Both the position numbers and the translations under genes were made by a program. A stretch of 45,438 bases of DNA, taken from the NCBI RefSeq assembly GCF_001194135.2, contig NC_068983.1, forward strand, positions 62,408,074 to 62,453,511, given 5' to 3'. Origin of the DNA: Octopus bimaculoides (lineage: Eukaryota). Shown here in pieces: positions 1 to 12,041 of this stretch (within the stretch, counting starts at the first letter, position 1; the number at the start of each line of letters is the position of its first letter). The notes under the pieces are model-generated. The model saw only the letters and a program-made list of their open reading frames with translations. It did not search any database and was not told where the DNA came from.

Positions 1-54
1 ACTTTGTAATTTGTCCATTTTCTGTATTTAGCCTTGTGTGGCTATAATAAAAAG

Positions 55-596
<542 letters not shown>

Positions 597-1024
597 GTGG
601 AGACTGTTAGATAGTAAGATAGATAAGTAGTGTTCAGTAAATCAGGAAAATTTTTCACGCCATTGACAATATACGAAAAGTTTGAAAATCAGCTGAAAAT
701 CCAATAGATATGTTGATATCATAAGAGAGGAATCTTTAACGATCTAATGCGAGTAGTAAGCAGGAGCCTTCTTATTACTGTATAACGAAGAATAGTTGTC
801 CGTCTCGTTAAATACCTTTGANNNNNNNNNNNNNNNNNNNNNNNNNNNNNNNNNNNNNNNNNNNNNNNNNNNNNNNNNNNNNNNNNNNNNNNNNNNNNNN
901 NNNNNNNNNNNNNNNNNNNNNNNNNNNNNNNNNNNNNNNNNNNNNNNNNNNNNNNNNNNNNNNNNNNNNNNNNNNNNNNNNNNNNNNNNNNNNNNNNNNN
1001 NNNNNNNNNNNNNNNNNNNNNNNN

Positions 1025-1308
1025 GCAACAAAATAGTAAATTGGGGATGCGCAATAGTATGCTAAGGACCCCTGAAAAGTTTGCTTCAGATGTATGTATT
1101 GGTTTGTATTACAAGAAACATCTAGGTTTCTTTCTCTAACATTTTACATAGTTCAGCCCACATAAATTAATGTGTGAAAATCAAAATAGGAAATTTGAAA
1201 GAAATTTCTATAAAACCAGTTTTTAAACAGCGAATGGCTATGGGGGTCCACTAGAATAAAACAGTAATAAATGGGGTCTAGAGAAAAAAAAATGATTGAG
1301 AACCCCTG
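1025..1308. mobile_element. hAT-like non-autonomous element (MITE), right end only
   Basis: Ends in TTGAGAACCCCTG (reverse complement CAGGGGTTCTCAA), a typical hAT terminal inverted repeat, with subterminal GGGGTCC/GGACCCC motifs. The left end is not seen and may lie in the N-gap 822-1024. Confidence 0.55.
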
Positions 1309-3363
1309 GTTTAGAAAGTTAATGTTTCATTAGATCAGGATTCCGAGAAATACGAAATACTTACATTTGAATGAGCAAAGATAGTCCAAGTTTGAAGGCA
1401 TAGTTGAGGATTCCTTGGATTATTATATCCTCAACCATGTCTCCAAATATGAAAAGGAGGATCAAAGCAAAATTCACTCTTTATATTAACTCTGTCTTAA
1501 CTCGTTATGTACAATTTCGATGTAAGGAATATGAATCATAAATTTTCAGGTACAAATTAAATGATTCTTACCAAATTAAATAATGTTATCAAGCCCATAT
1601 TTCCGTTGCCTTATCTAAAATTAAAATGTAATTTACAATTAGATTTTAACTTTTGGCTTTCAACACTCCTTGAACAAATATCAAAACATCTTTTATGAGT
1701 TTATGGGAATCCCCTGAGTTGAAATTATTAAACTGAATTACTCAAATTGTAAATGCATTTACTTTAATGAAAGCGTCCTCCAACTAAGATGTCTAGGTAT
1801 AGTTTGTTAGGGTACAGTCAATCCATACTTTGTATTTAAAAGTTCGCAAAGAGTTTTGAGTTTCAGTTGTGTGTTTTCGTTTATCCACTCAATAAGTGAT
1901 TCAAAATGTTCTTATTTAATACTCTTGGGTGCAAGTGAAATGCACGATCTATATATACCTGCTGTTATATGATGTTATCTTCTTGACAGCTTGTGCTGCA
2001 GTGATGGATTCCCAATTCACTTTTTCAGCAACATATACTAAATGCATACGAATTACTAGTGAAGACTTCTTGTATGACCTTTACTTATATAACAGTTCGT
2101 GGAATATCAATACTTACAGATTTATAAAAGTTATCGTTGCTTTCCGATTGGTTTTCGTCATGTAAACACAACATTGAAGCTTAAGTGAATTGACGAAATT
2201 AATTCAGATTCAAATCGAATCAGTTGTAAATACAATCACTTCAAAATATCTACATCTACTCAGTTTAATCGAAACATCCATTATTTAATTTACTTCGTGA
2301 TTATTTAAATTTACTTCGGGGCTATTCGAATTCGCTTCGACTTTCAGTTCATAATAATTTACTGGGATATTTTCGAGGTTTTTCTTTTTCCTTCTGTTTT
2401 TGTTTGCTTCAAGTGTATTTTAATTTGCTTCAAGATTATTTTTATTTGTAAACTTTATATATAATATGAAAAGACGCACATCCCCGTGTATTCCCCGTTA
2501 TAATACGTATATCCAGTTAAGTGAATCTTATAAAGATGCAGTACTTATTAATATCATAAAGCCAGTGGATCTGTTGGTACTATAGTACCTATTTATGTTT
2601 GAGTGGTGCCTAGGCTATGTAGTTGATGTTTCCAGACTCGAACGCAAGTTATCTCAGTTGGTACACCACTGTTCTATTACCCGAGCTCCCAGCTATTAAT
2701 TACAGAATAACAACTATATGATTCTGTACTGTACCATCATATTTATAGAATCTAAAATTCGCTAACGTCGGATTTCCTTCTACTGGTTTCGATAATTAAA
2801 TTATTGCTAATAGATAATATTTGATTCAAATGACTTTACACTTCTCGAAAATTTTCCCTTGTTTAATATATATATATACATATAACCTTAGGGTGTCATA
2901 CAAAATCACATTATTCAAATAACAATCAGCTTATTGTAATAAAATTTATCGAAGCATAAGCTTGCAATGAAAACGATATATGATGATCCGAACGAATTAT
3001 GAACAGTGCGTAAAACTTTGTGAGATATATAATTGTTTTATATAGAATTGAAAACCAGAGATTTTGTTTCAATTAAGGAATGAGGACAAAAATGAATTCA
3101 TTTGAAAAGATATAATTGATTAACCTGGGAGATTGTAGAATGATCAATCATGTACAAGTGAGTGTGAAATTCTTCTTGTGCTCAAGGCTATATGCTTTGG
3201 GTGATCTGCTGAAAATAATTAATTTCCAAGTAATAAAATCCTAAATCGTTCCCTATTTATTGACAATTAGAGAGAAACGAAGATATAATGACACATTTGT
3301 AGATGTAACGCACAGACAAGCTTTATGTCATAAGTCCTCCAATAAACAGGGCAATGTTAATGC

Positions 3364-3410
<47 letters not shown>

Positions 3411-3573
3411 CTACACATATTGTCATACGTGTCCCTTTACACATCTATATACATACCCAACACACACACATATGCACACACACATACACATACACACACA
3501 CACAATGTATATAAATGAATTCAATTTATATTTAGATATTATTGAATAGGAAAAGAAAATTAGATTGCATTAT

Positions 3574-3621
<48 letters not shown>

Positions 3622-3696
3622 GTGTGTATATGTATGTGTGCGTGTGTGCGTATGTGTGTATGTATATATGCATGTACTGTAAATTTCCTTTTATAG

Positions 3697-3755
3697 ATCT
3701 TTGTGCTTCACTGGTCCCAATTTATCGCCGGCGTCTGTGTGGTGTGAAGAGACAA
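3697..3755 (+). CDS. Candidate 59-nt coding exon of an unidentified gene, (x)LCASLVPIYRRRLCGVKRQ, phase 1 to phase 0
   Basis: Acceptor tttccttttatAG and donor AA|GTAAGA. Against the second copy at 5217 the three exon differences are two synonymous and one K/R in this frame. No homology recognised. Confidence 0.5.
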
Positions 3756-3854
3756 GTAAGACATTTAGTTCGTCCTATGGTGCTAGACTTCAGCTCGCAA
3801 ATATTACACTGTTATTGCTATGGAAACAAGTGCAATCGAATGCTCATGCACATT

Positions 3855-4360
3855 CAATGTGACAATGAGAAGGAAGAAATAATAACTGCATGTAGAAAAC
3901 ATTACCTAAGCGTTGATACAGAAAGATTATATTTCCGATGAATACAGGCAGGAAGGGGTTATCTACAACTGAAAATAATTACAAAATAGCCACTTTAGGG
4001 CTACGAAATAATTGAGTAAAGAACAACAGAGCTCTAACATGAATAGCTACAGAGCACGAATAAGCCAAGAAATATAAAGTAAAGGCTAAGAGTTAATGGT
4101 TGGCAGCTGTGAGAACAAAGAGGTAATAACTAGGAAAAGTTAAAAATCTAAGTTAAAAAATGGTGTCAGAAAATGCCAGCAAACTAAACAGGTTGGAAAC
4201 ATACAAAGAAAAATTTCAATACAGGTTAAGAAGTGAAGAACTCAAAGTTGATGCCGGGGGATTTTTGATTGCACTAAAAGTCAAAACATTCTCACCAGAA
4301 ACGGCAAAAAGCATATAATGAAGTAAAGCACATTAAGTAAATGTTGTAAATTTGGAAATG
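3855..4360 (+). mobile_element. Degraded Dong/R4-type (RLE) non-LTR retrotransposon fragment, thumb to zinc-knuckle region
   Basis: Conceptual translation gives HYLSVDTERLYFR*IQAGRGYLQLK, resembling the clade motif HHPKADVERLYLPR.EGGRGL.QLE. Later sequence resembles LKxETEGFIIAAQDQ. Many stops and frameshifts. Confidence 0.65.
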
Positions 4361-5216
4361 GGGAATGACCGATGCTTATAATGTTTTCTGTCGTTATTTC
4401 ATGCTTTGAAATGGCTACTAAAATTTTTACCTTCCTGAAAGAAAGAAAATGACTTGACACGTGTCGCAAAGAAAAAAGACTAGTATTCAATAATAGGTTA
4501 CGAAATACATCAAAATGGCAAAAAAAAGTGCTACTCAATAGATAAAGAAACCAAATAAAAAGTTATTCTTCCGTAAATCCTTTTAAAATACACCACAATT
4601 ACATTCATCATTAAATACATATGCAGTTAAAAAACAACAGATTCACAAGGATCCGAACTTAAATCTTGAAAACGGAGTGTCGAGACGAATGTCTCTTATC
4701 GACACATTCCTAGAAGTATACTTTACAAGCCGGAATACCGGATGTGTGGTTCGATATGTAAGCTAGCCCAAAATAACAAAAACGATAGTACTCACTCTCT
4801 CTAGTATTCTGTATGTCTGTTCAACTGCAACTATCAACGATCGACTACGACAAATTGTACATAAGAAATAAAGTTTCATTTTTGAGATGAAAGATAATAA
4901 TGCACAGATGCTGTTTCAATTGCGTACAATAAATCTTTATTAAACCCAGCAGGCTTTGCGCAATACCAGAGAATGCTTACTCACTGTTTTTCTATATACC
5001 GTCTAGGTATGTGACTAGCGAAATACACATCATTGAAAAGCCCAAGAAAGTTTAAATGCGTCTAACGTTGACGTGAGTTATTTCAGTGACTAAGTTCATT
5101 CCACTCCGATCTCGTATATATACTGTGTTTTGCAACAAGATGTTTATGTGTGCGTGTGTATGTGTGTATGTATGTGTGTTTGTATATATGCATGTACTGT
5201 AAATTTCCTTTTACAG

Positions 5217-5275
5217 ATCTTTGTGCTTCACTGGTCCCAATTTATCGCCGACGTTTGTGTGGTGTGAGGAGACAA
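5217..5275 (+). CDS. Second copy of the 59-nt candidate exon, (x)LCASLVPIYRRRLCGVRRQ
   Basis: Acceptor tttccttttacAG and donor AA|GTAAGA are intact. Offset is exactly 1,520 bp from copy 1, and the duplicated block (about 5148-5340) includes flanking intron-like sequence. Confidence 0.4.
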
Positions 5276-5337
5276 GTAAGACATTTAGCTCGTCCTTGGA
5301 TGCTATATACTTCAGCTTGCAAATATTACACTGTTAT

Positions 5338-5530
5338 TGCTTAGCGATATTTCGTCTGCCGTTACGTTCTGAGTTCAAATTCCGCCGAGGTCGACTTTTC
5401 CTTTCATCCTTTCGGGGTCGATAAATTAAGTACCAGTTACGCACTGGAGTCGATGTAATCGACTTAATCCCTTTGTCTGTCCTTGTTTGTCTCCTCTATG
5501 TTTAGCCCCTTGTGGGCAATAAAGAAATAA
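5338..5530 (+). mobile_element. 5'-truncated tRNA-derived SINE (family A in this report)
   Basis: Matches the copies at 8177, 15722 and 20655: GTTCAAATTCC B-box, central GCCTTTCATCCTTTCGGGGTCGATAAATTAAGTACCAG-type block, tail AATAAAGAAATAAG. Confidence 0.93.
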
Positions 5531-5633
5531 GATGTTTATAAAGAGACTTTCTTTCAAACAAAATTCACAGCATTTCTATCTACCGTATATATACCTTAAG
5601 TATGGTACATAGATGGCTCTCTATCTCTCTCTG

Positions 5634-5704
<71 letters not shown>

Positions 5705-6600
5705 NNNNNNNNNNNNNNNNNNNNNNNNNNNNNNNNNNNNNNNNNNNNNNNNNNNNNNNNNNNNNNNNNNNNNNNNNNNNNNNNNNNNNNNNNNNNNNNN
5801 NNNNNNNNNNNNNNNNNNNNNNNNNNNNNNNNNNNNNNNNNNNNNNNNNNNNNNNNNNNNNNNNNNNNNNNNNNNNNNNNNNNNNNNNNNNNNNNNNNNN
5901 NNNNNNNNNNNNNNNNNNNNNNNNNNNNNNNNNNNNNNNNNNNNNNNNNNNNNNNNNNNNNNNNNNNNNNNNNNNNNNNNNNNNNNNNNNNNNNNNNNNN
6001 NNNNNNNNNNNNNNNNNNNTATATATATATATATACACACATACATATATACACACACATATAAACATACATACATGCATGCATACATAAATACACAAGT
6101 ATGTGATGCATGAACGACATTGGAATAGACAGAACATATAGTCATATGCCAATTTCCGTACGGAAAATTGTTGTGCATACCATGATATATTATGAATGTA
6201 TGCCCAAGATGCAAATAGATCTACATGCATCTACGTAACCTGCTTATTAATATCCAAGATGCATATGATTTCGCATACATGAATAGGTCGAACTTTCTGT
6301 GCTGTAGAAGCGAACTTGATGAAAATTGCGCTGGTTTGTAAAGTAGATAAGCTGTTGTAGAAATCGGTTCAGCAAAATAACTACAGGTGAAAGGCATTCA
6401 GTTTCGAGACGGTGTTGAGGAAAGCTCAGATTACAATCTGTTAGCTGGAATGATAAAACTGTTGAGGTGGCCACTGCTTTACACGAGGAAATCTGGACGG
6501 CTGGTAGAAGTGGTATTTGAATTGACACTGCATAGCTACCCTACCCCTGTATCTGCTTCGAGATTACCAGTAATACAGTCTGTGGTCTCATAATACCGCA

Positions 6601-6865
6601 GTGGAGGTGCGTGGCTTAGTGGTCAGGGTGTTGGACTCATGATCATAAGATTGTGGTTTCGATTCCCGGACCGTGTGACGCGTTGTGTTTCTGAGTAAAA
6701 CACTTCATTTTATGTTGGTCCAGTCCAATCAGCTGGCAAATATGAGTAATCCTGCGACGGACCGGTGTCCCGTCCAAATGGGGAATACATACGCCATGAA
6801 ACCGGGAAACCGGCCCTTATTTATCGGTAAGGCTCGAGGAAGTAACTTTACCTTTACTTTTTACA
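6601..6865 (+). mobile_element. tRNA-derived SINE with V-SINE-like central segment
   Basis: A-box/B-box head (TGGCTTAGTGG...GGTTTCGATTCCC), then a central segment resembling V-type SINE domains, and a TTTACC-type tail. Family assignment is from recall. Confidence 0.75.
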
Positions 6866-7204
6866 TAATACCACATCAGCTGGTCTTTATACCCGATAAT
6901 CAATGACAATGACAGTAAGTTATCCCCATTAATAGTGATCGGTGATTGCCGTTAATACAATATCAGTCTGTATCGTTAACTGGTTAGTCTGGTTTTTGTG
7001 TCAGTTTATATGAATAAATGGATGAAACGGTGTATATTTTTATTGGTTCGAAAAGTAATTACAGCGACCCCTGCCGCTTCTTATTGTTACTTTGGAAACT
7101 GCTGCTGTTATTAACTAAGTAGGTTCACAAATGATTTGTCCACATTGTAAGTATTGGTGCCCACTAGTCTCAGGTTAAAATCAATTGGTGATGAAGTCAA
7201 ACAT

Positions 7205-7375
7205 GAAAACCGAGGATTTACGTTTGCATGACTGACTGGCCTTGAATATAATGAGATATTCGTTATTTACCAGAGACCAAATAACAGCCGGGTGCTTCAT
7301 ATCGGGCGGGCTAGAATATATAAGATATGACAAGATTGCTACCTACTTTCATTGGACATATGTGAGGCAATGAAT
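7205..7375 (+). mobile_element. Degraded Dong/R4-type fragment, zinc-knuckle region
   Basis: Translation DQITAGCFISGGLEYIRYDKIATYFHWTYVRQ resembles HI.SGC..LA..EY..RHD.VA.YLHW. Confidence 0.6.
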
Positions 7376-7490
7376 TCCCTTCCTCGCCATCTGCAGAAAA
7401 ATAGCATATGCGTAACCCATGGCTTATGTTTAAAAAAATTCAAATGGCGTTATTTTTTGGAAAGTTATCCAGATACACAGAAACGTAGAC

Positions 7491-7534
<44 letters not shown>

Positions 7535-7535
<1 letters not shown>

Positions 7536-8011
7536 CAGTACCAGGCAGTGGATCGTATGGCTTCTGATCTTAACTGATTGGAAGTGTTATCATGTACATG
7601 TTTTGTATTGGTATAAAAAGATGGGCTACTGCAAATATTCTGCTCAGTACCACAGATTTGCTTGTTAGTTACTTGATCTTAACCACTTGAGCATGTCCCT
7701 TAGTGGCTGACGATATGTGCATCCCTGATCATGAGCAGGAGTAGTGGCGTAGCATCATAGTCATGTGTCGAGAGGAATTTTTTGGTGGTCTGAATAATTT
7801 ACTTCTGGAAACAGCGCGATGGGCTACTCGACCAGAAGAAAATTCTAATTGGGTCCCATCTGAAAGGTCGTACGCTGTTCATCTTGATATAAGATCACCA
7901 TGTTGCACATGGTTGTGATGCATGCGCTTGGTGTACCTTTATCAGACGGGTAGTATGATGGGTATATTGGGCTTCATATATTTGTACCCTTGTGTCACTT
8001 TGATGGTATGT
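7535..8011. mobile_element. Unclassified ~480-bp repeat-like element bracketed by (AAT)n tracts
   Basis: Non-coding segment with sharp boundaries at (AAT)n 7491-7534 and (CT)n(AAT)n 8015-8076. Single copy in this window, so its repeat status is inferred. Confidence 0.45.
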
Positions 8012-8032
8012 ATTTCTCTCTCTCTCTCTCTC

Positions 8033-8078
<46 letters not shown>

Positions 8079-8079
8079 T

Positions 8080-8705
8080 TCATGGATCATCGAGTGCTTA
8101 GATTTGTTTAGAATTGTGAGTAATGTAACGTGCTTCCTCAAGAGAAGTATGGTGCAATAGAAAACTGAACTGACATTAAGGCGGTGAGCTGGCAGAATTG
8201 TTAGCAAGCCGGGCGAAATGCTTAGCGGTATTTCGTCTGTCTTTACGTTCTGAGTTCAAATTCCGCCGAGGTCGACTTTGCCTTTCATCCTTTCGGGGTC
8301 GATAAATTAAGTATCCGTTGCGTACTGGGGTCGATGTAATCGAATTAATCTCTTTGTCTGTCCTTGTTTGCCCCTTCTATGCTTAGCCCCTTGTGGGCAA
8401 TAAAGAAATAAGAAAACTGAACTGACATCTTACGGAAAAAGCTTGGGCAACCTGGTTATCAGAAGAGGGATTTTCCAGGGTGACAGCCTATCACCGTTGC
8501 TTTTCGTTCTCTGCATGATACCCCTGACCTTGGCACTAAGGAAAATGAACCTGGGGTACCAACTAAAGGAAAAATCCCAAACAATCAACCATCTCCTCTT
8601 CATGGATGATTTGAAACTGTATAGTGAAGATGAGACACAAGTGAATTCCTTGGTGAACACGGTCCACTGTTTTAGTACTGATATTAGAATGGAATTTGGA
8701 CTCAA
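8080..8705 (+). mobile_element. Dong/R4-type reverse transcriptase core fragment, interrupted by a SINE
   Basis: SWIIECLDLF...KTELT|SYGKSLGNLVIRRGIFQGDSLSPLLF...HLLFMDDLKLY...EFGL. The frame is continuous once SINE 8177-8410 and one TSD copy are removed. Begins immediately after (AAT)n. Confidence 0.92.
8177..8410 (+). mobile_element. Full-length SINE family A with 18-bp target-site duplication
   Basis: TSD AGAAAACTGAACTGACAT at 8159-8176 and 8411-8428; A/B-box head and AATAAAGAAATA tail. Confidence 0.95.
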
Positions 8706-10453
8706 GAATACAAAGAAATTTTATAGAGAAATTAGCAAAAGTAAGATAGAAGTAAAGGAACCATTTAAGACTGAGGAAATAAAAGGGTTCTGGAAGAAGA
8801 TATGAAGCAACAAAAAAGAGTATAATGTTGAAGTTGACTGGATAGAACGTGAGAAAGTGAGACTGGATGAAGTTGAAGCAGAAATGAGAGGCAATAGAAA
8901 TAGAAGGGCTAAGATGTGTTCTTACATAAATGGAAAACCCCGGGAATGGAGCTAATCCCGAATTTCTGGCTGAATTATTTGACAGAAGTATACCAAAATT
9001 TCGCTGCATCTCTAATAGATGCCGTTCAGAACTCAGAGCAGATATCTCCCTGGCTGACTAAAGGAACTACATACCTACTACTAAAAACTGAAGACACAAA
9101 AAGTTCGAAGATCTACTGACTAATAGCATTTATCAACACCACCTACAAGATCCTCACATTCATACTAAATGAAAGAATATTCGCTTTCCTTGAACAGAAC
9201 TCTATCCTTCTAAAAAAAGGTTGTAAACGAAATTCTTATGGGTGCAAAGACCAATTGCCCATAAATAGAATGATTGCAAAGAATTGCAATTAGAACTGTG
9301 CTATAAGACCTCCACAATAGCAATGAACTGGAGCTTATCTAGCACAGAGGACCGGATGCTACGACTTGTGTGCAAACATGAAAGCAGCAAAAAAATCACA
9401 TTCTATTGTCAAAGAAGCTTATAAATTCGCAAGGGAACTTGGCATTAACCCTGAATTCGATGAAGAATCTGAAACCACTGCCAACAAGTAAGCAAAAATG
9501 GATCAAGCACACTGCAAAAAAGAATGGGCAGAAACAAACTGAGGAGTAGTGGAGCCAGAAGCCCCTGCATGGATAATATATTCTTCGAAGTCAAAATGCT
9601 GATGTAGACCATCAGTGACTGAGAATTTCAAGACTGAAAGCAGAGATTGAAGGTTTGATATTGGCAGCACAAGATCAAAGCTTGCTCACCAGAAATTATC
9701 AGGCTAACGTTCTTCAAAACGGTACTGATCCTAAATGCAGATTCTGCGACACATTTGACGAAACAATAGGCCATCTCGTTTCAGGATGTCCTGTGCTGAC
9801 ACCAAACAAATGCAAAAATCGCCACGATAGGGTAGGACAGTATTTACACTGGAAAATATGTAAACATTACAAAATCAGCACTCCTGCTTACTGGTGTGAA
9901 CATCAACCTGAATCAGTCATTGAAGGTAAAAATGTCACTATCCTTTGAGATTTTCCAGTCAACACTGGCAGAGCGATCCAAGATAATCGGCCAGACATAA
10001 TATTAAAGGCAGGGAAGAAAATACTCGTAGACTAATAGATGTAAGTGTTCCCCCTGATAAAAATATAACTGTAAAGGCATTTGACAAACTTAGAAAATAT
10101 AAAGACCTGGAAATTGAAATATAAAAGATGTGGCATCTTAAAGCAAAAACTGTTCCTATTTTTGTAGGTGCCAATGTGTGATAAAAGGGGGATGTCAGAA
10201 ATATCTAGACAACATTCCAAGAGAACCATGTCTCAGAGAAATCCAAAAGATTGTGCTGACAAATACTGCCTACATTCTTAGGAAAACCTTACCACTTTAA
10301 ATGTCTGTTGTATTACATGGAGATATTTCGCTACTGCCTCTGACACTTCCCCTCCCCAAGCTTTCAGTTATACTGTAACATCTCTTATTTTTCACTTGTC
10401 TCGTCAAGTAATTGCAACAAACATGCAGATTAAAAGTCAATAACAATAATAAT
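8706..10453 (+). mobile_element. Dong/R4-type element: N-terminal RT subdomains, internal deletion, CCHC knuckle, RLE endonuclease, 3' UTR ending in (AAT)n
   Basis: KKFYREI, PGMELIPNFWL, KGTTYLLLK, GCKDQLPIN; then AAQDQSLLTRNY, CRFC...HLVSGC, RHDRVGQYLHW, RPDII...LIDVSVP...KLRKYKDL. Multiple stops and frameshifts. Confidence 0.93.
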
Positions 10454-10720
10454 GGAGTATGAAAACTATAATGGTTGTGCCTATAATAACTGGTGTATTG
10501 GGAACTCTAAAAGATATATACAAATGGTTGACGGAGATTGAAATAGAATGTTCTGTAGAGCTTCTACAGAAAGTTTGCCTCTTAGAGATAGGAAAGATTA
10601 TCAGCAGGTTTCTAAGCACTTGAAAGACTAACAGGAGCTTGTGGATACTTTAGGTTACAGGTAGTAACACGCTACTAACATAAATCCTACCATAAATATG
10701 ACCGAGCCCGAGTCAAATCA
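10453..10720 (+). mobile_element. Short 3' end of a second, divergent Dong/R4-type family
   Basis: WSMKTIMVVPIITGVLGTL...LLQKVCLLEIGKIISRFLST*, then a 3' UTR and (AAT)n at 10720-10800. Confidence 0.75.
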
Positions 10721-10800
10721 ATAATAATAATAATAATAATAATATTAATGATAATAATAATAATAATAATAATGATAATAATAATGATAATAATAATGAT

Positions 10801-11075
10801 AAAACAGAAACAATTCCTATCATAGTGGGCGCATTAGGTATGATAAAAAAAAAATTCAGTCAAATACATAACAAAAACACCAAGACTTACAAATATGTAT
10901 AACATACAAAAAATTGCACTACTGTGCACTGCACACATCCTATGCAAAACACTTTCAATACAGTAACCATAAGAGCATCACAGCAAACCACTGCACATAC
11001 CCAAGACACACAGAGCTGCGCTCGGGAGTGCAGTGACTGCACGTGATAAAAGCAAAACTACGGAATGATAATAAT
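10801..11075 (+). mobile_element. Short 3' end of a third Dong/R4-type family
   Basis: KTETIPIIVGALGMIKK...NIQKIALLCTAHILCKTLSIQ*, then a 3' UTR ending in AATGATAATAAT. Confidence 0.8.
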
Positions 11076-11967
11076 AGCGATTTTATTTATTTGCCACATG
11101 GACGGATGAGAGGAACTAATTATCATAATAATAATAATAAAGTTATAATAGTGTAATTTTCAATCAGTATAGCGTATTATTATTTCTTCAATACTTCTTT
11201 ATTTGCCGAATTTTTTGAAGCAGTTAGGTATTTGCACTAATAAGCTACCGGTGCCGACATGGTCAACACACATGTGGATAGCAGGAAAAAGAGCAAGAAA
11301 ATAGCAAAAATGAACAGATACAAGACCATGAAAAACTATACAAAGAAGCAATATATATGAGCCTAAGAGAACAAAAAGTTTCACGAAAGAAAGGAAAAGA
11401 AAGCATCGCAATTGCTTTTCTAGCTGTACTTAAAGTGAAAAGGCTAGGAAATCTCTCTTTTATACTTTATTGCTGCCTGTGAAGCAAATAGAGTATGATG
11501 TTTAATCTGCCACAATAACATTTCATATCAATATACGACAATTCTTCGTATAATGTTTACACTAGCAAACATACAATGAGTGGATTAAGGCAGAATATGT
11601 GAAAGAATAAATACATAGAATCGAACACATTCAAATGCACATGCGACACACATCAGAGATATGTGTGTGCGTTGTGTGTGCATGTTAGTGTTTGATATAT
11701 ATATNNNNNNNNNNNNNNNNNNNNNNNNNNNNNNNNNNNNNNNNNNNNNNNNNNNNNNNNNNNNNNNNNNNNNNNNNNNNNNNNNNNNNNNNNNNNNNNN
11801 NNNNNNNNNNNNNNNNNNNNNNNNNNNNNNNNNNNNNNNNNNNNNNNNNNNNNNNNNNNNNNNNNNNNNNNNNNNNNNNNNNNNNNNNNNNNNNNNNNNN
11901 NNNNNNNNNNNNNNNNNNNNNNNNNNNNNNNNNNNNNNNNNNNNNNNNNNNNNNNNNNNNNNNNNNN

Positions 11968-12041
<74 letters not shown>

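Noticed and set aside
3697-3755. Insulin B-chain-like C-x11-C spacing followed by G-V-K-R
   Set aside because: The first motif is CA rather than CG, and no signal peptide or A-chain exon was found. The spacing alone is probably coincidence.
6280-6500. RTE-like RRC*GKLRLQSVSWNDKT in a plus frame
   Set aside because: Only a short, weak resemblance in a stop-rich frame.
6601-6680. tRNA genes at the SINE heads (also about 16520-16589, 36410-36480, 42290-42363)
   Set aside because: A and B boxes are present but run directly into SINE bodies, with no complete cloverleaf.
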